Of a stretch of 64,000 nucleotides of DNA, positions 14,602 to 28,362 are shown piece after piece. The DNA comes from Proteromonas lacertae (lineage: Eukaryota): NCBI GenBank assembly GCA_002245135.1, contig NGBS01000294.1, positions 1 through 64,000 on the forward strand. Reading direction: 5' to 3'. Under the pieces are notes generated by a model that saw only the letters and a program-made list of their open reading frames with translations, did no database searches and had not been told where the DNA came from. The stretch's first letter is position 1. Every line of letters begins with the position of its first letter. A program made the position numbers and the translations under genes.

Positions 14602-15471
14602 TTAACTCCACAATACTAGTGGTATTTTACTAGTGGGTTTAGGGAATTCTTTATCAATTTCATTCAAATCTTCTTCATCTAGTTTTATATCAACAGATTT
14701 ACTATTCTCTATAACATGATCTTTATTTCCAGACTTTGGAATTGCTATAATATTATCATATCTCATCACAAAAGCTAATAATATCTGTGAAATAGTTGCA
14801 TTATGTTTTTTAGCTATTTTCTTCAATATTTTATTATCATACAATCCTTTATACATATCACCAGCTTGGGCAAGAGGACTATAAGACATAATTGGTATAT
14901 TTCTTTCTTTCTGCCAAGGGATTAAATCATATTCAATTCCTCTTCTACCTACATGATATAATACTTGATTAACAGCACAGTGATTGCCATTAGGAATTGT
15001 AAGCAATTCTTCCATTTCTTTTACATCGAAATTACTTACTCCCCATCTCTTAATCTTACCTTGTTGAATTAATTCTTCAAAACATTCAACTGTTTCATTT
15101 AAGTCGTGTTGACCATACCAATGCAGTAAATATAAATCAATGTAATCAATACCTAACCTCCTTAAAGAGTTATTACATGAATTAAAGATTCTATTTCTTG
15201 ATGCGTTACTAGGTGTTACTTTTGTCACAATGAATAGTTTTTCTCTTGATATTTCTGATGAAATAGCATTTATTGCTTCACCTACTAATGATTCTGATCT
15301 ACCGTTACCATACCACTCTGCTGTGTCTATTAACGTCATTCCTGATCTGATCGCTGTTTTCAAAGCTTCAAGTTCTGCATTATGTCTTTTATTGTTATCA
15401 CCAACTGAATATGTACCAAATCCTAACTGTGGTACTTTGACACCATCAGGCATTGTTACATATCTTGACAT
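14602..15471 (-). CDS. yeaE: Aldo/keto reductase, bacterial YeaE-like, intronless
   Basis: LIDTAEWYG, DLYLLHW, WGVSNF, NQVLYHVGRRGIEYDLIPW, YSPLAQAG, AIPKS closely follow the E. coli YeaE motif order. First true ATG is at 15471. Confidence 0.9.
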   Translation of the reverse strand: MSRYVTMPDGVKVPQLGFGTYSVGDNNKRHNAELEALKTAIRSGMTLIDTAEWYGNGRSESLVGEAINAISSEISREKLFIVTKVTPSNASRNRIFNSCNNSLRRLGIDYIDLYLLHWYGQHDLNETVECFEELIQQGKIKRWGVSNFDVKEMEELLTIPNGNHCAVNQVLYHVGRRGIEYDLIPWQKERNIPIMSYSPLAQAGDMYKGLYDNKILKKIAKKHNATISQILLAFVMRYDNIIAIPKSGNKDHVIENSKSVDIKLDEEDLNEIDKEFPKPTSKIPLVLWS

Positions 15472-15617
15472 AATTGATTTAGCGAATATTCTTGAAGTCG
15501 TTGCGAAGATAATAAATAAAAACACTAAAATCGTTTTTGTGTGTTTTATACAAATATTTGTAACGATTATTATTTTATGAAATCAATAAACCACATATAA
15601 ACAAAACTATAAACTTA

Positions 15618-17358
15618 CTAATATAGAAACTGCAATAAAGCAATAGAAAAAGCTTGAAATGGACTAAAAGGAGATGAAAAATCTAAAATGAATTTATTAT
15701 CATCTACTTTACCAAATTGAAACAATACTTTATTTACATCACTTTTATAAGTTAATTGGAAGTTTTTAACAGAAGAAACATTCACTCTTCCATGGAAATT
15801 CAATCGATAACTTCCATTTTTATATGCTGGTTCTTTAACTTGTAATTCATGCATTCCTTCTTTAGCAGATTTATCACTCAACAACGACAATAGTGTTTCA
15901 TCTTTATACTTTGGTTGATAAGGAATAACTCTATCATTCACTGCGATTGAAGGTAATAGTATTTCTATATATCGAGGCATTGCTCCTTTTAAATCTGGTT
16001 CAAAATCTACATCGAAAAATTTGGCTGCACCATATTCTGGCTTGAAGTAATCTTTACTTTTTTTCTTTTCTTTTTTACCATCATCGTCATCATCATCATC
16101 AAACGAATCTTTACCATAAATTGTTAATTCAGTTGAATTAAAATTACATCTAATTTTACCTAAATAATTACCACTCTTTTTACTCAGTTTCGATCCAGTG
16201 TAATTAGTCATATCAAATATATGGTAATTTGGAGTTCGACATCTTTGCTTTGTTGCTGTCATTAATAATACTTCACTATCATCATTTAATTGAATGAAAA
16301 AATTGTATTGTGTTGATGTTAAAGATTTCTTTCGAATTATGCAGCATTGACTCATATAATTATGAACTTGAAATAATTGATCACCACTAGGGATTTTATC
16401 ACTTTTCTATTCGTATATATATAATAATTATATGAATATATATATATATATATACTGATAATCGATGTTTAGGTGGCATTAATGTAGTTGGTGTTGATAG
16501 AATATCTTTCTGAGTGTTTATATATTTATTATTATTACTATTATTATTAGAAGAAGATGTATTATATTTAGATGGAGTTACATTTGGAGTTGTATTGGAT
16601 GAATGGTTTGGTGTTATTGAATTTGTACTGAAATCACTCATTTTCATCTCATCTTCTAATATTCGATTTATTCTATTTAAATCATCATCATCGATTTTAC
16701 GATCTTCATATTTATATTCTTCACAATGTGTTGTTGTAACGGTTAGTTTCTTGGGTGTTGAAAATGCTTGCTTTGGTTGTGGCTGTGATTGAAAATTGGC
16801 TATTCTTTTATCAATAGATTCTTCTGTTTTTTTCTCTTCTTCGTTTGTTTTTCTTTCGTTATTGTTATTTTCACCACCAAGTAGAGTGCGATTTCTTATT
16901 ATTGTAGGGTTTGGCTTGGATAAGTCAATATCACAAGGATTAATATAAACGTTTTTATATGGACTTGGTCGTTTTGCTAAATGTACTTTACGTACTGGAG
17001 GTGGTGAATGTGGATCACGAGTAAATGTCTTTAAAGGTACCATTGATTCTTGGTAATTCTCTGTATGAATTGGAGAGTTGAGAACAAAACCAGTTCTTTC
17101 AAAGAATGGTTCTTTTGGAGGTATAGCTATTTGATTTTCTTCGTCATCTATTATACAACATAGATTAGTGGAAAATACCTGTATCAGAGGAGTAATCATG
17201 AAAATTTATATCCCTCTCATTTGTATATCGATATCTAGTATTTGGTTGTTCAATGATTATCTCAGGCTCAGAATTAGTTTCACTATTTGCGTTAATTCAT
17301 AATAATACTTGTCAAAAGAAAAAGGAATAACAGGTGTCTCTTCAATTACTTCAGTCAT
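15618..17358 (-). CDS. Tubby-domain protein (multi-exon)
   Basis: NYLGKIRCNF, YRLNFHGRVNVSSVKNFQL, FQFGKV, FSPFQAFSIAL. Low-complexity N-terminus; probable ATG at 17358. Confidence 0.9.
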
Positions 17359-17604
17359 TATATACAATCCAATTAATAACTTCGATAACGATAAAAAAAC
17401 GATTTTAAAAACACTTTCAAGCTTTTCACAAGCTGTGTAACTGACACTTTTTATAAATTAAAAAATCTTTTGATTTATCCATTTATAACTCATGAAACTA
17501 TTGTTGTTATTATTTAAATAACAGTTATTTATTTTTAATCCCTACAAAACATATTTATATTAATTAAATATAGATTGCAATAGTAACTAATGCTTATATT
17601 ACAA

Positions 17605-18654
17605 TTAAACTTCTATAACTGATTCATTTACTACTGGTAACTGACTATATGGTACACGTGCTAAATTAGCTTGATTATTACTTTTAACTTCTTTCACTTC
17701 TCCTGTAAATATCAAAGAGTCATGCTTAGACAATGCTGTCAAATAACCCAATCCAGATAAGACAAATAATAGTCCAATTGGATATAAAATCCACTGATAA
17801 GTTTTCATTCTGTTATATTCTTCAAAAAACAGCACTCCACTGATGGATCCTACAATAATAAATGTTCCTTGATATAATGGTAATAATTGCTTTGCTGTAA
17901 AATATCTCAATCCTCGATGTAATATGTATATTTGTCCAACACTAACTAATAAAGTTGCTGCTAATGCTGCATATGTATAGAAATGTGTTAGTATTTTTAT
18001 ATCACTCATTAATTCCTTCATAAGACATACGAATATTTTAATTACAAATTGGCAACCTCCAATACCACCACTTACTATCCCAAAACATAAATAGATTACT
18101 CTCTCGTTACGAATTCTATATCTTTTTGGTAAATAAATAATGCAGAAAAGAATCAAAATACATACAGCGAAGATTGAAATAAATATTTGGAATTTACTTC
18201 TTTTGCATAGATCTAATAACATTTTTGCTGTATATTTTACGTCAGTGTGATCAGCAGATCCACAAACAATTGCTATTCCTACAACAATAAACATACACCC
18301 AAAAAATTCGTGTAAAGTAATGTGTTCACCAACTACAAATGGACAAAGAGCCATGTTCCAGAGTATAGTACATCCACTGAATGGAGCCAAGATGGACTAA
18401 AGGTAAACAAGAGACATTATACCGGAGATGCGAAATAGTAAGTTACCAGCGAAAGTAATGGGTTGAGTATCATTACAAATAATCCAGCTGCACATAAAGT
18501 TACTCGAGATCTACCAAAATATTCAGTACATATACCTGTGAATTAATCCCTTATTAAATTGAGTGTGACTAAGCTTCATCCATTGTTTGCCTATAGTACC
18601 CAGAAATGTATCGAATATAGCTATAGAAACACCTATAATCCACAGATATGACAT
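17605..18654 (-). CDS. NIPA-family (DMT superfamily) Mg2+ transporter-like membrane protein
   Basis: Multiple TM helices. FASP|SILAPF across a 26-nt intron (18397..18422); Q..ILHRGL...LLPLY and GVLFFEEY motifs. Confidence 0.8.
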
Positions 18655-19183
18655 ATTTCCCTCAAAAGATGAAAAATGATTTTTTTTAAATCCTACTACA
18701 AAAATTTACTTCACACTATCACAACACATATAAACACATCAAAATTACCAAAATAGCTTTTATAAAGTAGCAAATGTAGTTTAGGTGTAAGTAAATAAGT
18801 CACATTTGACAGGCTGACTCATTACTCTCATTTTTCTTTGAATTGTTTGAATAAACTATGTTTTAAATATAGACAAGTAGCGCATTTTTATGGGTATTTT
18901 TATTTCGGAAGCGCATGGCTTAATCTATTAGTATTGTAATTGAAAGATTTAAAAGTGTATTATTTGCAGTGTAATTAATTTATGCAATATATATGAGATA
19001 TTTGTTGAGTGCTGATCACAGCAATGTGATTAAATTGGCATAATCTGAAAATTTACTTAAGGAAGAGTATATGTCAGTTTGGCATAAACTACTTAGCATA
19101 ATAAAAGATATGAATTAAACTAATTGAATTATTATGGCAAAATTCATTTCAAAAACACCATATCTATACATAATATTCAGTTT

Positions 19184-22100
19184 TTAATTATTAAAATTGA
19201 TTAAGTTTTCTCCTAACTCATTGATTCTTCCTTCTATTTCTTGTGGATCACACATTTCATCAATTAATCCTGCAGATAAACATTCATCATTCTTAAGCGT
19301 GTTATTCAACAATCTAAATTTCTTTAATAATTCTTTTGGAATCTTTTCTTTCATCAAATTATTCAACAAATTTCTTAATTTCATATCATTTACTTTTTCA
19401 TAGATAAGTTCTACATTTTCATCTACACTTATACATAATTCACATAAGCATGGAATCATTAAACCCATTCCAATTACTTTATTGTGTAAAATACATATAC
19501 AATTTTCTCTTATTAAATTGATATTATTGTATAATTTTTCTATTGCCATTACAACATCCTTTTTATTTTCTCCATTACTTTCAATCATTTCGAAATTTTC
19601 ACAATCTATATTAAATACCATTACCTTTGAATAATCAATTTCATTAATTATTGAGTTTATTGCATCAGAAGTTAATAAATCATCTTGAATATTGACATAT
19701 TTTATATCATCTAATTCATTCATGGTTATTTCAACGTTTGATCTTGATGATGATGTTGGTTGAGATCTAACTGGTGTATGTCTTTGTTGTTGTTGTTGTT
19801 GTACTGGCTGTTGTTTTCTTTCAGCTTGTACTGGCTGTGGTTTTGTCATTGCTTTTATTGCTGATGGTGAAGCTGAAACTTTTTCAACTATTGATTTAAT
19901 ATTCATTCCACTTAATATTTGATTTTGAGAGATATTGATGTGATATTCATTGTTTAACCAATTCATTAGCTGAACTGCACTTAATGAATCTACTCCCATA
20001 TCTGTTAATGGCTTTTCTATATCAATATCAGATTCTTCACTTCCAATAATACCAGCTATCTTTTCAACAATTTCTTTCTGTATGGATGATGAATCTACTT
20101 TTACTACTGGAAGTTGTTGCTGTATTTGATGTTGAACTTGTGGTGGTCTTGGTGATGTTTGCTTCTGTCTTCTCATTGGCTGTTGGGGTTGTTGAGCTTG
20201 TTGTTTCTGATTTGAACTTTGCTTGGCTTGAATTTTACCAGCTATATAAGAATTACTAATTTGAGATATTAAAGTGTTAATATTCATTCCACTCAAGATC
20301 TGGTTTTGTGTAATGTTAATATGGAATTCATTATTCAACCAATTCATTAATTGAACAGCACTTAATGAATCAATTCCCATATCAGTTAATGGTTTTTCTA
20401 CATCTAAATCATTAGATTCACTACCTAATATATAAGCTACTTTTTCTACTAAGTTGGATAAGATGTTTTCACTTGATACAGATGGTTGTTGTTGTTGTTG
20501 TTGTTGTTCTTGTTGTTGAGAAGACTGTCTTGGTACATTCATTGGAGGTTCTCTTCTAGCAGAAATTGATGGTTGTAATCTAATTGGTCTTGACTGTTGT
20601 GGTACTTGTTTTCTTATTGGTTGTTTTACTGGTTGAGTAGCAACTGTTGTTGGTTTTACCATTTTACTTATTGCTGAGATTGATACACCACTTAATATTT
20701 GATTTTGAGAGATATTGATGTGATATTCATTGTTTAACCAATTCATTAGCTGAACTGCACTTAATGAATCTACTCCCATATCTGTTAATGGCTTTTCTAT
20801 ATCAATATCAGATTCTTCACTTCCAATAATACCAGCTATCTTTTCAACAATTTCTTTAATAACTTTTGTATTATCAACAGCAGGAGAAACATTTGTAGCT
20901 TGAACTGATACATTATCTTCAATTATTGAAGTATTATTACTAGTAATTGGAGAATGTGGAGTATTTGCTTCACTTCTTATTGCATTATTAATAACATATT
21001 GAATTAATTCATCAATAGTGTTATTCTCATTGAAGGTTGTTGGTGTTACTTGTAAATTGTATTTCTTATTCAACCAATTCATTAACTGAATAATTGTAAG
21101 TGAATCAGTACCAACAGAACCTAATGTATTAGTATTTTTAATTTCATTAACTTTACTTCCAATAAAGAATGATAGTTTTCTAACAATACCATTATAAATA
21201 ACATCATAACTATATTTAATAGTGTCAGATTCTTCATTACTCATCTCATAATTATCATTTGATAATAGCAATTTACTGGTATATGGAGATGGTAATTCAA
21301 ATACTGTTCTTTGTGAAATTATAATGTTTAATATATCACTTAATGAACTATTTTGATTCATTATATCACTAACAGATAAATTGCATTGATATTCAATATT
21401 TACCCAGTTCAATAACTGAATTGCAGCTAATGAATCAATACCAAGGCTTGCCAAAGGTTTGTTCAAATGAATATCACTTTCTTTACAACCTAAAATATAT
21501 GCTAATTTGGAAATAACATTAATCTCAATGGCTGAATTACTAATATAATTAATTTCTTCAAATTCATCTTCATCTCCTTCACTATTATCACTATTTGATT
21601 GGAATAATGATAAATCTGTAGTAATACCATGAATAAATTCATTTGTATTTCTATTAATCTCAACTACTTTATTCCAAGGAATTGCATCTAATGTGACATT
21701 TGGTGGGTAATTCTTTGTGATCAATAATGTTTCTAACATCATACAAATATCATGAATTGAACCAGTAGTAAATCCTTTATTGGCATTCAATTCTAATTCG
21801 TAAATATATTGTAATTCACTCAATCTACCACAGCCTAAAATCATTGGTAAATCAATCGATAACGAATTCAAACCGATAGATCTTCTATATCTTGCCAATC
21901 CAACTAATGAACAGTTAGCAGCTGAATAAATAGCTTGCATTGTATTACCATATAATCCACTAATAGAACTAGCTGTAATGAAGTAATCTAATTTATTTAC
22001 CAAGTCTTTTGTTGCATTGTGCAAATTCCAAGCTCCTCTTACTTTTACATCTAAACCATCCATCATATCTTTCTCTGTTACTTTATTGGATAAACCACTT

Positions 22101-25100
22101 GCATATTGTGTAGCAAAATGGAATATACCTCCTAACTCTGGTTGACAGTTCTTTACAAATTCATTCACTACTTCAATTTTTCTTACATCTAATGTCATTA
22201 CTTCAATCTTTACAGATGGATAATCTTCTTTTACTTTATTGATCATCGTTAATGATTTTCCACTTAGTTTTCCACTACCACCTGTTAATACAATATGTCT
22301 AGCACCATGAACAACAGACCACATTGCAATATTTAAACCAACACCTCTTGTACTACCAGTAAACAAATATGTTTTATTATTGGAGAATAAAGTACTTGTT
22401 GGTTTTAATGGTTTAGTTAATTCATTATTTTCATTTGGATCTGGTACTGAAATGACAATTTTACCTGTATGAGTTCCTTTCATCATCATTTTAAATACAG
22501 ATTGCACTTCATCAATTGGATAGACTTTAGTTGGAATTGGATGTAGTTTATTACTATTTAATAAGTCAATACATTCTTGTAAATAAACATGCAATTTCTG
22601 TGGATGTGTTTCAGCTAATAAATCAATATGTGCTGAGTAAAATGTGATATTATTCTTCAATAAATTCTCATTTAATAATGAATTATTCATAATATCTCTT
22701 TTACCTATTTCTACAAATCTACCAAGTGGAGATAAACAACGTAAAGTTTCAATTTGTCCATTACCTGAGATAGAGTTTAATGCAACATTAGCACCATAAC
22801 CATTTGTATATTTCATTACATCTTTATAGAATGTATCAGGATTATGTGAATCTAAAACATAATCAACTTTATAGATATTCAATAATTCATTTCTTTTTTC
22901 TTCATTACCAGCACTTGCGATGATTTTACATCCAACCATTTTACAGATTTGAATTGCACATAATCCAACACCACCCATTGCACTATGAATAATCACAACA
23001 TCATCTTTACAAATATTTGCTAATTTAATTAACGAATAATAAGCAGTAACCATTACACCTAAATAACCAGCAGCAATTTCTAAATCAATATTCTCTGGAG
23101 CTTTAATTATATTGTGCTTTTTACAAATACAACTGGTAGCTAACATTGAATTCCTTAATTCATGATTTGAACCAGTATCCATTGAAACACATAACACTTT
23201 ATCACCAACTTTATATTCGTTATTATTCACTAAATCTGAACCTATTTCCATTATTATACCACTACATTCAATACCAAAGATTGGTCTAAAACCAGGTAAT
23301 AGATTCATAGATAACATAATATCTTTAAAATGCATAGCTGTTGCTTTTACTCTGATTCTTATTTCATCAGGATTGAGACTTTCATTATTTATATCAATTT
23401 CGTGTTTTGTTAATGTATCAACTTGACCTGGTCTGTCTATTTCTATTCTATATTCATTTGAAACGGACTTATTTTCATTATTATTCTCTTCTTGTTTATA
23501 ATCGAATAATCTTGGAACAGTAATTTCATTTGTATCTTTCTCAAGCCTAAACTCAAACTCATGTTCATATTTACAGTTTATAATTTGACTGATTTCTGTA
23601 TAAATATTATCAGTGAAACTGTTTATTTCTAAGGTTTGTATTTTGATATTTGGATTTTCATTTCTAGCTGTTCTGCTCCATCCAACTACTTCACAATGCT
23701 GTTTATCAAAAACTAATAATAAAGTTGGTAAATAACTGTTATTCATTGATTTAGAGATTAATAAATTCAATATTGAAGAGGAAGCTACAATATCTTCTCT
23801 TGAATCAATAATATATTCACAATTTACTAATTCATTCAAATCTGTTGGATTTCTAATGATTGCGTTATTATTATCAGATTTAATGTCAACTTTATTACCA
23901 TCTTTTTCAAATACAACTATCTTTTTATTCTCAATGATTCTATTCTTTTCATTCTCTTTATTCACTAATATAACATTGTTATTAGTGGAAATAAATAAAC
24001 CATTAATCATACATTTATCTATTGATGTATTTTCTCTTGGATCATATATTATATCGAACATTTCATTGTTAGTTTCATCATTCATTACAGCTGCATAATA
24101 TAAATGAATTTTTTTATTCTTTATATTAATATTTCCACTTAAATGATGTGTAGTAAATTGGATTAATGGTAAATCGATTTTATTATCATTTATCATTGGA
24201 ATTAAAGTTGAAGCAAATATACCATTGTTAGAATAATCAGCTATCTTTATTATTCTTGTATTATACTTTAATATCATGTCCTTCACTTTATTTACTATAT
24301 CAATAAAGCCATTATTATTATTATTATTGTCAATTTCATTACCAAATGGAGAAATATAGTTCATATATTTCAATTCATAAAACTTAATATCTGATGGTTT
24401 ACTTCTGTATATATATTTCATACTTAAACCTCTGATTGAAGCAACTCTTACACCTTCTTGAGTAAATATATCAACATCACCAATCCAACAATCTATATCA
24501 CTCTTAGTGACTTTATTATAAGCAACATAAGTAGCAGGTTGTAACTGTTGTTCGAAGAAATGAATCTCATCACAACTTACTGGTACTAATGGATCTGAAG
24601 GTAAACCCATTGAGAATGCGAATGATTGAACCCAACTATCGATTACTGTAGGATGGAATCTTCTAGAAGTATCATAACATGGAGATAATTCAGTGATTGA
24701 TTCACCATCACCAGTATACATTGTGTGCATTAATTGGAACTTCTTACCAAATTCAATACCTGAGAAACGTGATAAGCAACGATATACTGCTGGTATATCA
24801 ATTGAAACTAAACATCTCTTTCTTATTACATCAACACTGTCATTACAAATTGGAGGAATCATTTCATAGTTTTGTTGTTTCTTGGCTATTCTTATACCAT
24901 TCATATATTCCATTCCATCAGCTGAAATTGAATAGAATCCATTCTGATAATTGATGGATATATCTAGTGTCTCATTATCTTCCATTTGCCATGCTAAAAA
25001 TCTCTTGAAGTTAGCATTCTTGATGATTATTACATCATTATTATTTGGACTTATTGGTTCTAATTCTATACCAATTGATAAATACATAGCACCTGGTAAA

Positions 25101-28044
25101 ACAACTCCATCACTCACTTTATGATCAGTTACATAACCATAATCTTCACGATGTAATTTCATAACATTAAATTCATTAAATGATGATTTTGATTCAACAA
25201 TGATTGGTTGTTGATCGCTATTCTTTTCATTTGTACTAGAATTTTCTAACAATTTCTTGTGTTTTTGTAAATGATCAACTTTATCTAAACTTTCTTTCCA
25301 AGCACCCATTCTGTAGATATGACTATGATCCCATACAACTGGTGATGGTAAATGAATTCTAGAATGTTCTGGAATTTCATAGAAATTTTCCCATTTGATT
25401 GTATTTACACCTAATGTATATAAACTAGCTAAAGATAATAAGATTTGTTCAACATCATTTTGTTTCTTTCTTAATGATGATACATATGGCATATCAGGTA
25501 ATTCTGTTAATATATAATTCCTTAAGATAGAATGTGCATCAATTTCTAAGATAATATCACATTTATCTTTCAACACTTCTAATCCTTGTTGGAAATGAAC
25601 AGATCCTCTTATATTCTTCCACCAATAATTTACATCCAATAAACCATCTTCTTGTTTAGCTAATGCTGCAGATATGAATGTAGTACCTTCTCTTATTGGA
25701 TTAACAGTAAAGTAAGAAGCTGAATTAAACACCAAATCTCTCATTGATTCACAATATCTGCTATGATAAGCATGATTGATTGGCAATAAAACGAAGTATA
25801 ATTTATTCTCTTCACAGTATTTTCCTATCTTTAATATTGCATCTTTATCACCACTGATGGTTATACTGTTTCTACTGTTGATACAAGCAACATCGACTAA
25901 TTCATCTAAATGTAAAGAGTTAATTAAGTTATGACCATCTGTTTCACTCATACCTAATGCAGCCATTGAGCCTAAAGCCATATTAGCTTGTCCTTTTGCT
26001 CTTTCGGATGATAATCGACATAAATCTCTAGTGGAAAAAGCACCAACAGCCCAAGCAGCAATCATTTCACCTGTAGAATGTCCTAGAACAACTGTTGGTT
26101 CAATACCGAAGGATCTATATAATTCAACTATAGCAATTTGTGACATTACAATACATGGCAAAGATACTTCAACTTTATTCATCATCAGTGGGTTTATTTC
26201 TTTGTCTGATTCAGTGAATAGTCCCACATCATGTAAGATTGATACACCGCTGAATTCCTTGAAATAAGAATCAGCTTCTTCACATGCATCTCTAAACACT
26301 TTGAAATATTTGTAACACATTTGACACATCTCTTTATATTGACTTCCTTGACCACCAAAAACAAAAGCAACTCTTGGTTTATCTTTATAACCAATATCAC
26401 CTTTAAATTGTTTTGATTTTGAGAAAAAGTCATTTGCTGCTGGCTCTGTAGTTGTAGCTGATGTTTTAATATCTTGTGCTGATAATAGTGTATTTGGGCC
26501 AACCAATACTTTTCTGAATCTTTGTGGATTATGTGTTAAAGCTTGAACAGCACAAGCTTCTGTAAATTCACTAGCAGAAACTGATTTATATTGTTCTTTC
26601 CATTGATCTAATGATAATTCAATACCATCTTTATAATGACTTGATATTGGTAAAATCAAAAACGGATAGTTTTTTGGATCAATATTGTTATTCTTCAATG
26701 ATAACTCTGGAGCTAAAACACAATGACCATTAGCACCACCAAAACCATAAGAACTTACACCAATTAAATTACTTTCATTTTCATTCAAAATTGGTTCATT
26801 TTTATCAACTATTTCCATATTGTATTTATTAGCATCTATCTTTGGATTTAACTTATCAAAACCAACTGTTTTTACATATTGCTGTTTGTACAACATTAAT
26901 ACACTTTTTATTATTCCACCCATTGCAGCTGCTGTCTCCATATGTCCTATATTCCCTTTTACACTTCCTACTTTTAGCTTATTATCTTTACTATGTTTAA
27001 TTCCAATAGTTTCACCTATACTTTTTGCTTCTAATGGATCTCCCACACTTGTACCTGTACCATGAGCTTCAACGTAAATAACATTTTCTTTTTTAAGATT
27101 ATTTCGTTCAAATACATCTTCAATTAATTTGGCTTGTTGAACATCGCTTGGCATTGTTAAACTTTTGGTTTTACCATCTTCATTTATACCACATCCTACT
27201 ATATTACCATATACTCTCTGAATTGGACTAATTGCATCTGGTTGTTGTAAGATAATTACTCCTACACCTTCACTTCTTACAAATCCATTGGCTTTTTCAT
27301 CGAATGGACGACTTGTACCTGTTGGTGATAACATCTTAGCTTGGGAAAAAGCAATAAATGGTGATACACCCATTAAACAGTTTACACCTACAACAATTGC
27401 TGTTTTACAGTCACCACTATCCAAGGAACGAATAGCCATGTGTAAAGCTGTCATTGCACTTGAACAAGCAGTATCTACTGAAAAACTTGGTCCTTTTAAA
27501 TCATAAAAATAAGAGACTCTGTTCGCAATGTTGCCTAGTGTATTACTTTCTAAGGAAAAAGAATTCATTTGCTCTGGGTAGTAGAATTGAAACGATAATG
27601 ATTCTACTGCTCCTGCGCCAACAAAAACGCCAGTATTGGATCCTTTTACATCAGATAGCTATTATATGATTAATTAACAAGTAAAGAATATACTTTTATT
27701 CTAGCATCACATAATGCTTCATATACCACCTCCAAAACCATTCGTTGTTGAGGATCCATAACATTGGCTTGCTTTGGTGCAACATTAAAAAATGAAATAT
27801 CAAATTTATCAACTCCTTCTAAAAAACCACCTTTAGAAGTGACACTTTTGCCTTCTTCTGTTGTTCCATTGGATGAATAGACTGATGCACTCCATCTATC
27901 TTTTGGAACTTCGGATATACAACAAGATCCTTCATTCAAGATCTTCCAGAAAGACTCTGTATCATTTCTAATATAGTATATAATCACTTATATATACGCA
28001 GAACCTGGGAATCTGCAACCTATTCCACTAATTGAGTATTTCAT
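19184..28044 (-). CDS. Type I iterative highly reducing polyketide synthase: KS-AT-DH-ER-KR-ACPx5-crotonase-like domain
   Basis: KS: GCRFPG, MDPQQR, DTACSS, HGTGT, NIGH. AT: GQGSQ, GHSTG, HAYHS. DH: DHKVSDGVVLPG and HPTVID. ER: HSAMGGVG. KR: GSTRGVG, YSAAN. Five GxDSL ACP motifs. Introns 27968..27997 and 27659..27693. Confidence 0.95.
19908..20857. repeat. Direct repeat of about 170 bp (19908..20077 and 20688..20857) encoding ACP5 and ACP3
   Basis: The two segments read identically by eye at an offset of 780 bp. Confidence 0.9.
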
Positions 28045-28362
28045 GATGAGATTTTGAATGATTTAAAATACGTAATTTTTATTTTTATACGTGAACCAAT
28101 AGAATTGCACTACGCAATATTTTTACTAAAACGTAAGAAGACGTAATATTCACTTTTATTATGCTGACAGTTGATAAATTTTGAATTTTGGAAGGAATAA
28201 CCAAGTAACCGATTGAGCAATAGAATAAATGCTTTGATTGTGATAAAGGTAGAAAAAAACAAATCAAAACTCTATTTTCATATTAAGAATTATATATATT
28301 ATTAATATTAATTTTAACTAAATGAAGAAATGTATAGGTTAATCTACAAAAGGCAAATTATA

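Noticed and set aside
15472..15525. N-terminal targeting extension on the aldo/keto reductase
   Set aside because: It depends on a GTG start. The first ATG at 15471 matches the bacterial-length N-terminus.
18760..19140. Slightly GC-richer intergenic stretch as a possible snoRNA or other ncRNA (similar stretch at 14040-14400)
   Set aside because: I found no convincing C/D or H/ACA boxes or tRNA fold by eye; an Infernal search would be needed.
5104..27669. Many 60-120 aa ORFs antisense to the HECT, AKR, Tubby and PKS genes
   Set aside because: They lie wholly opposite well-supported genes and have no recognisable motifs.
14602..28044. Biosynthetic gene cluster of PKS, reductase and transporter
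   Set aside because: NIPA and Tubby are housekeeping-type genes, no PPTase, TE or tailoring genes are present, and adjacency alone is weak evidence.
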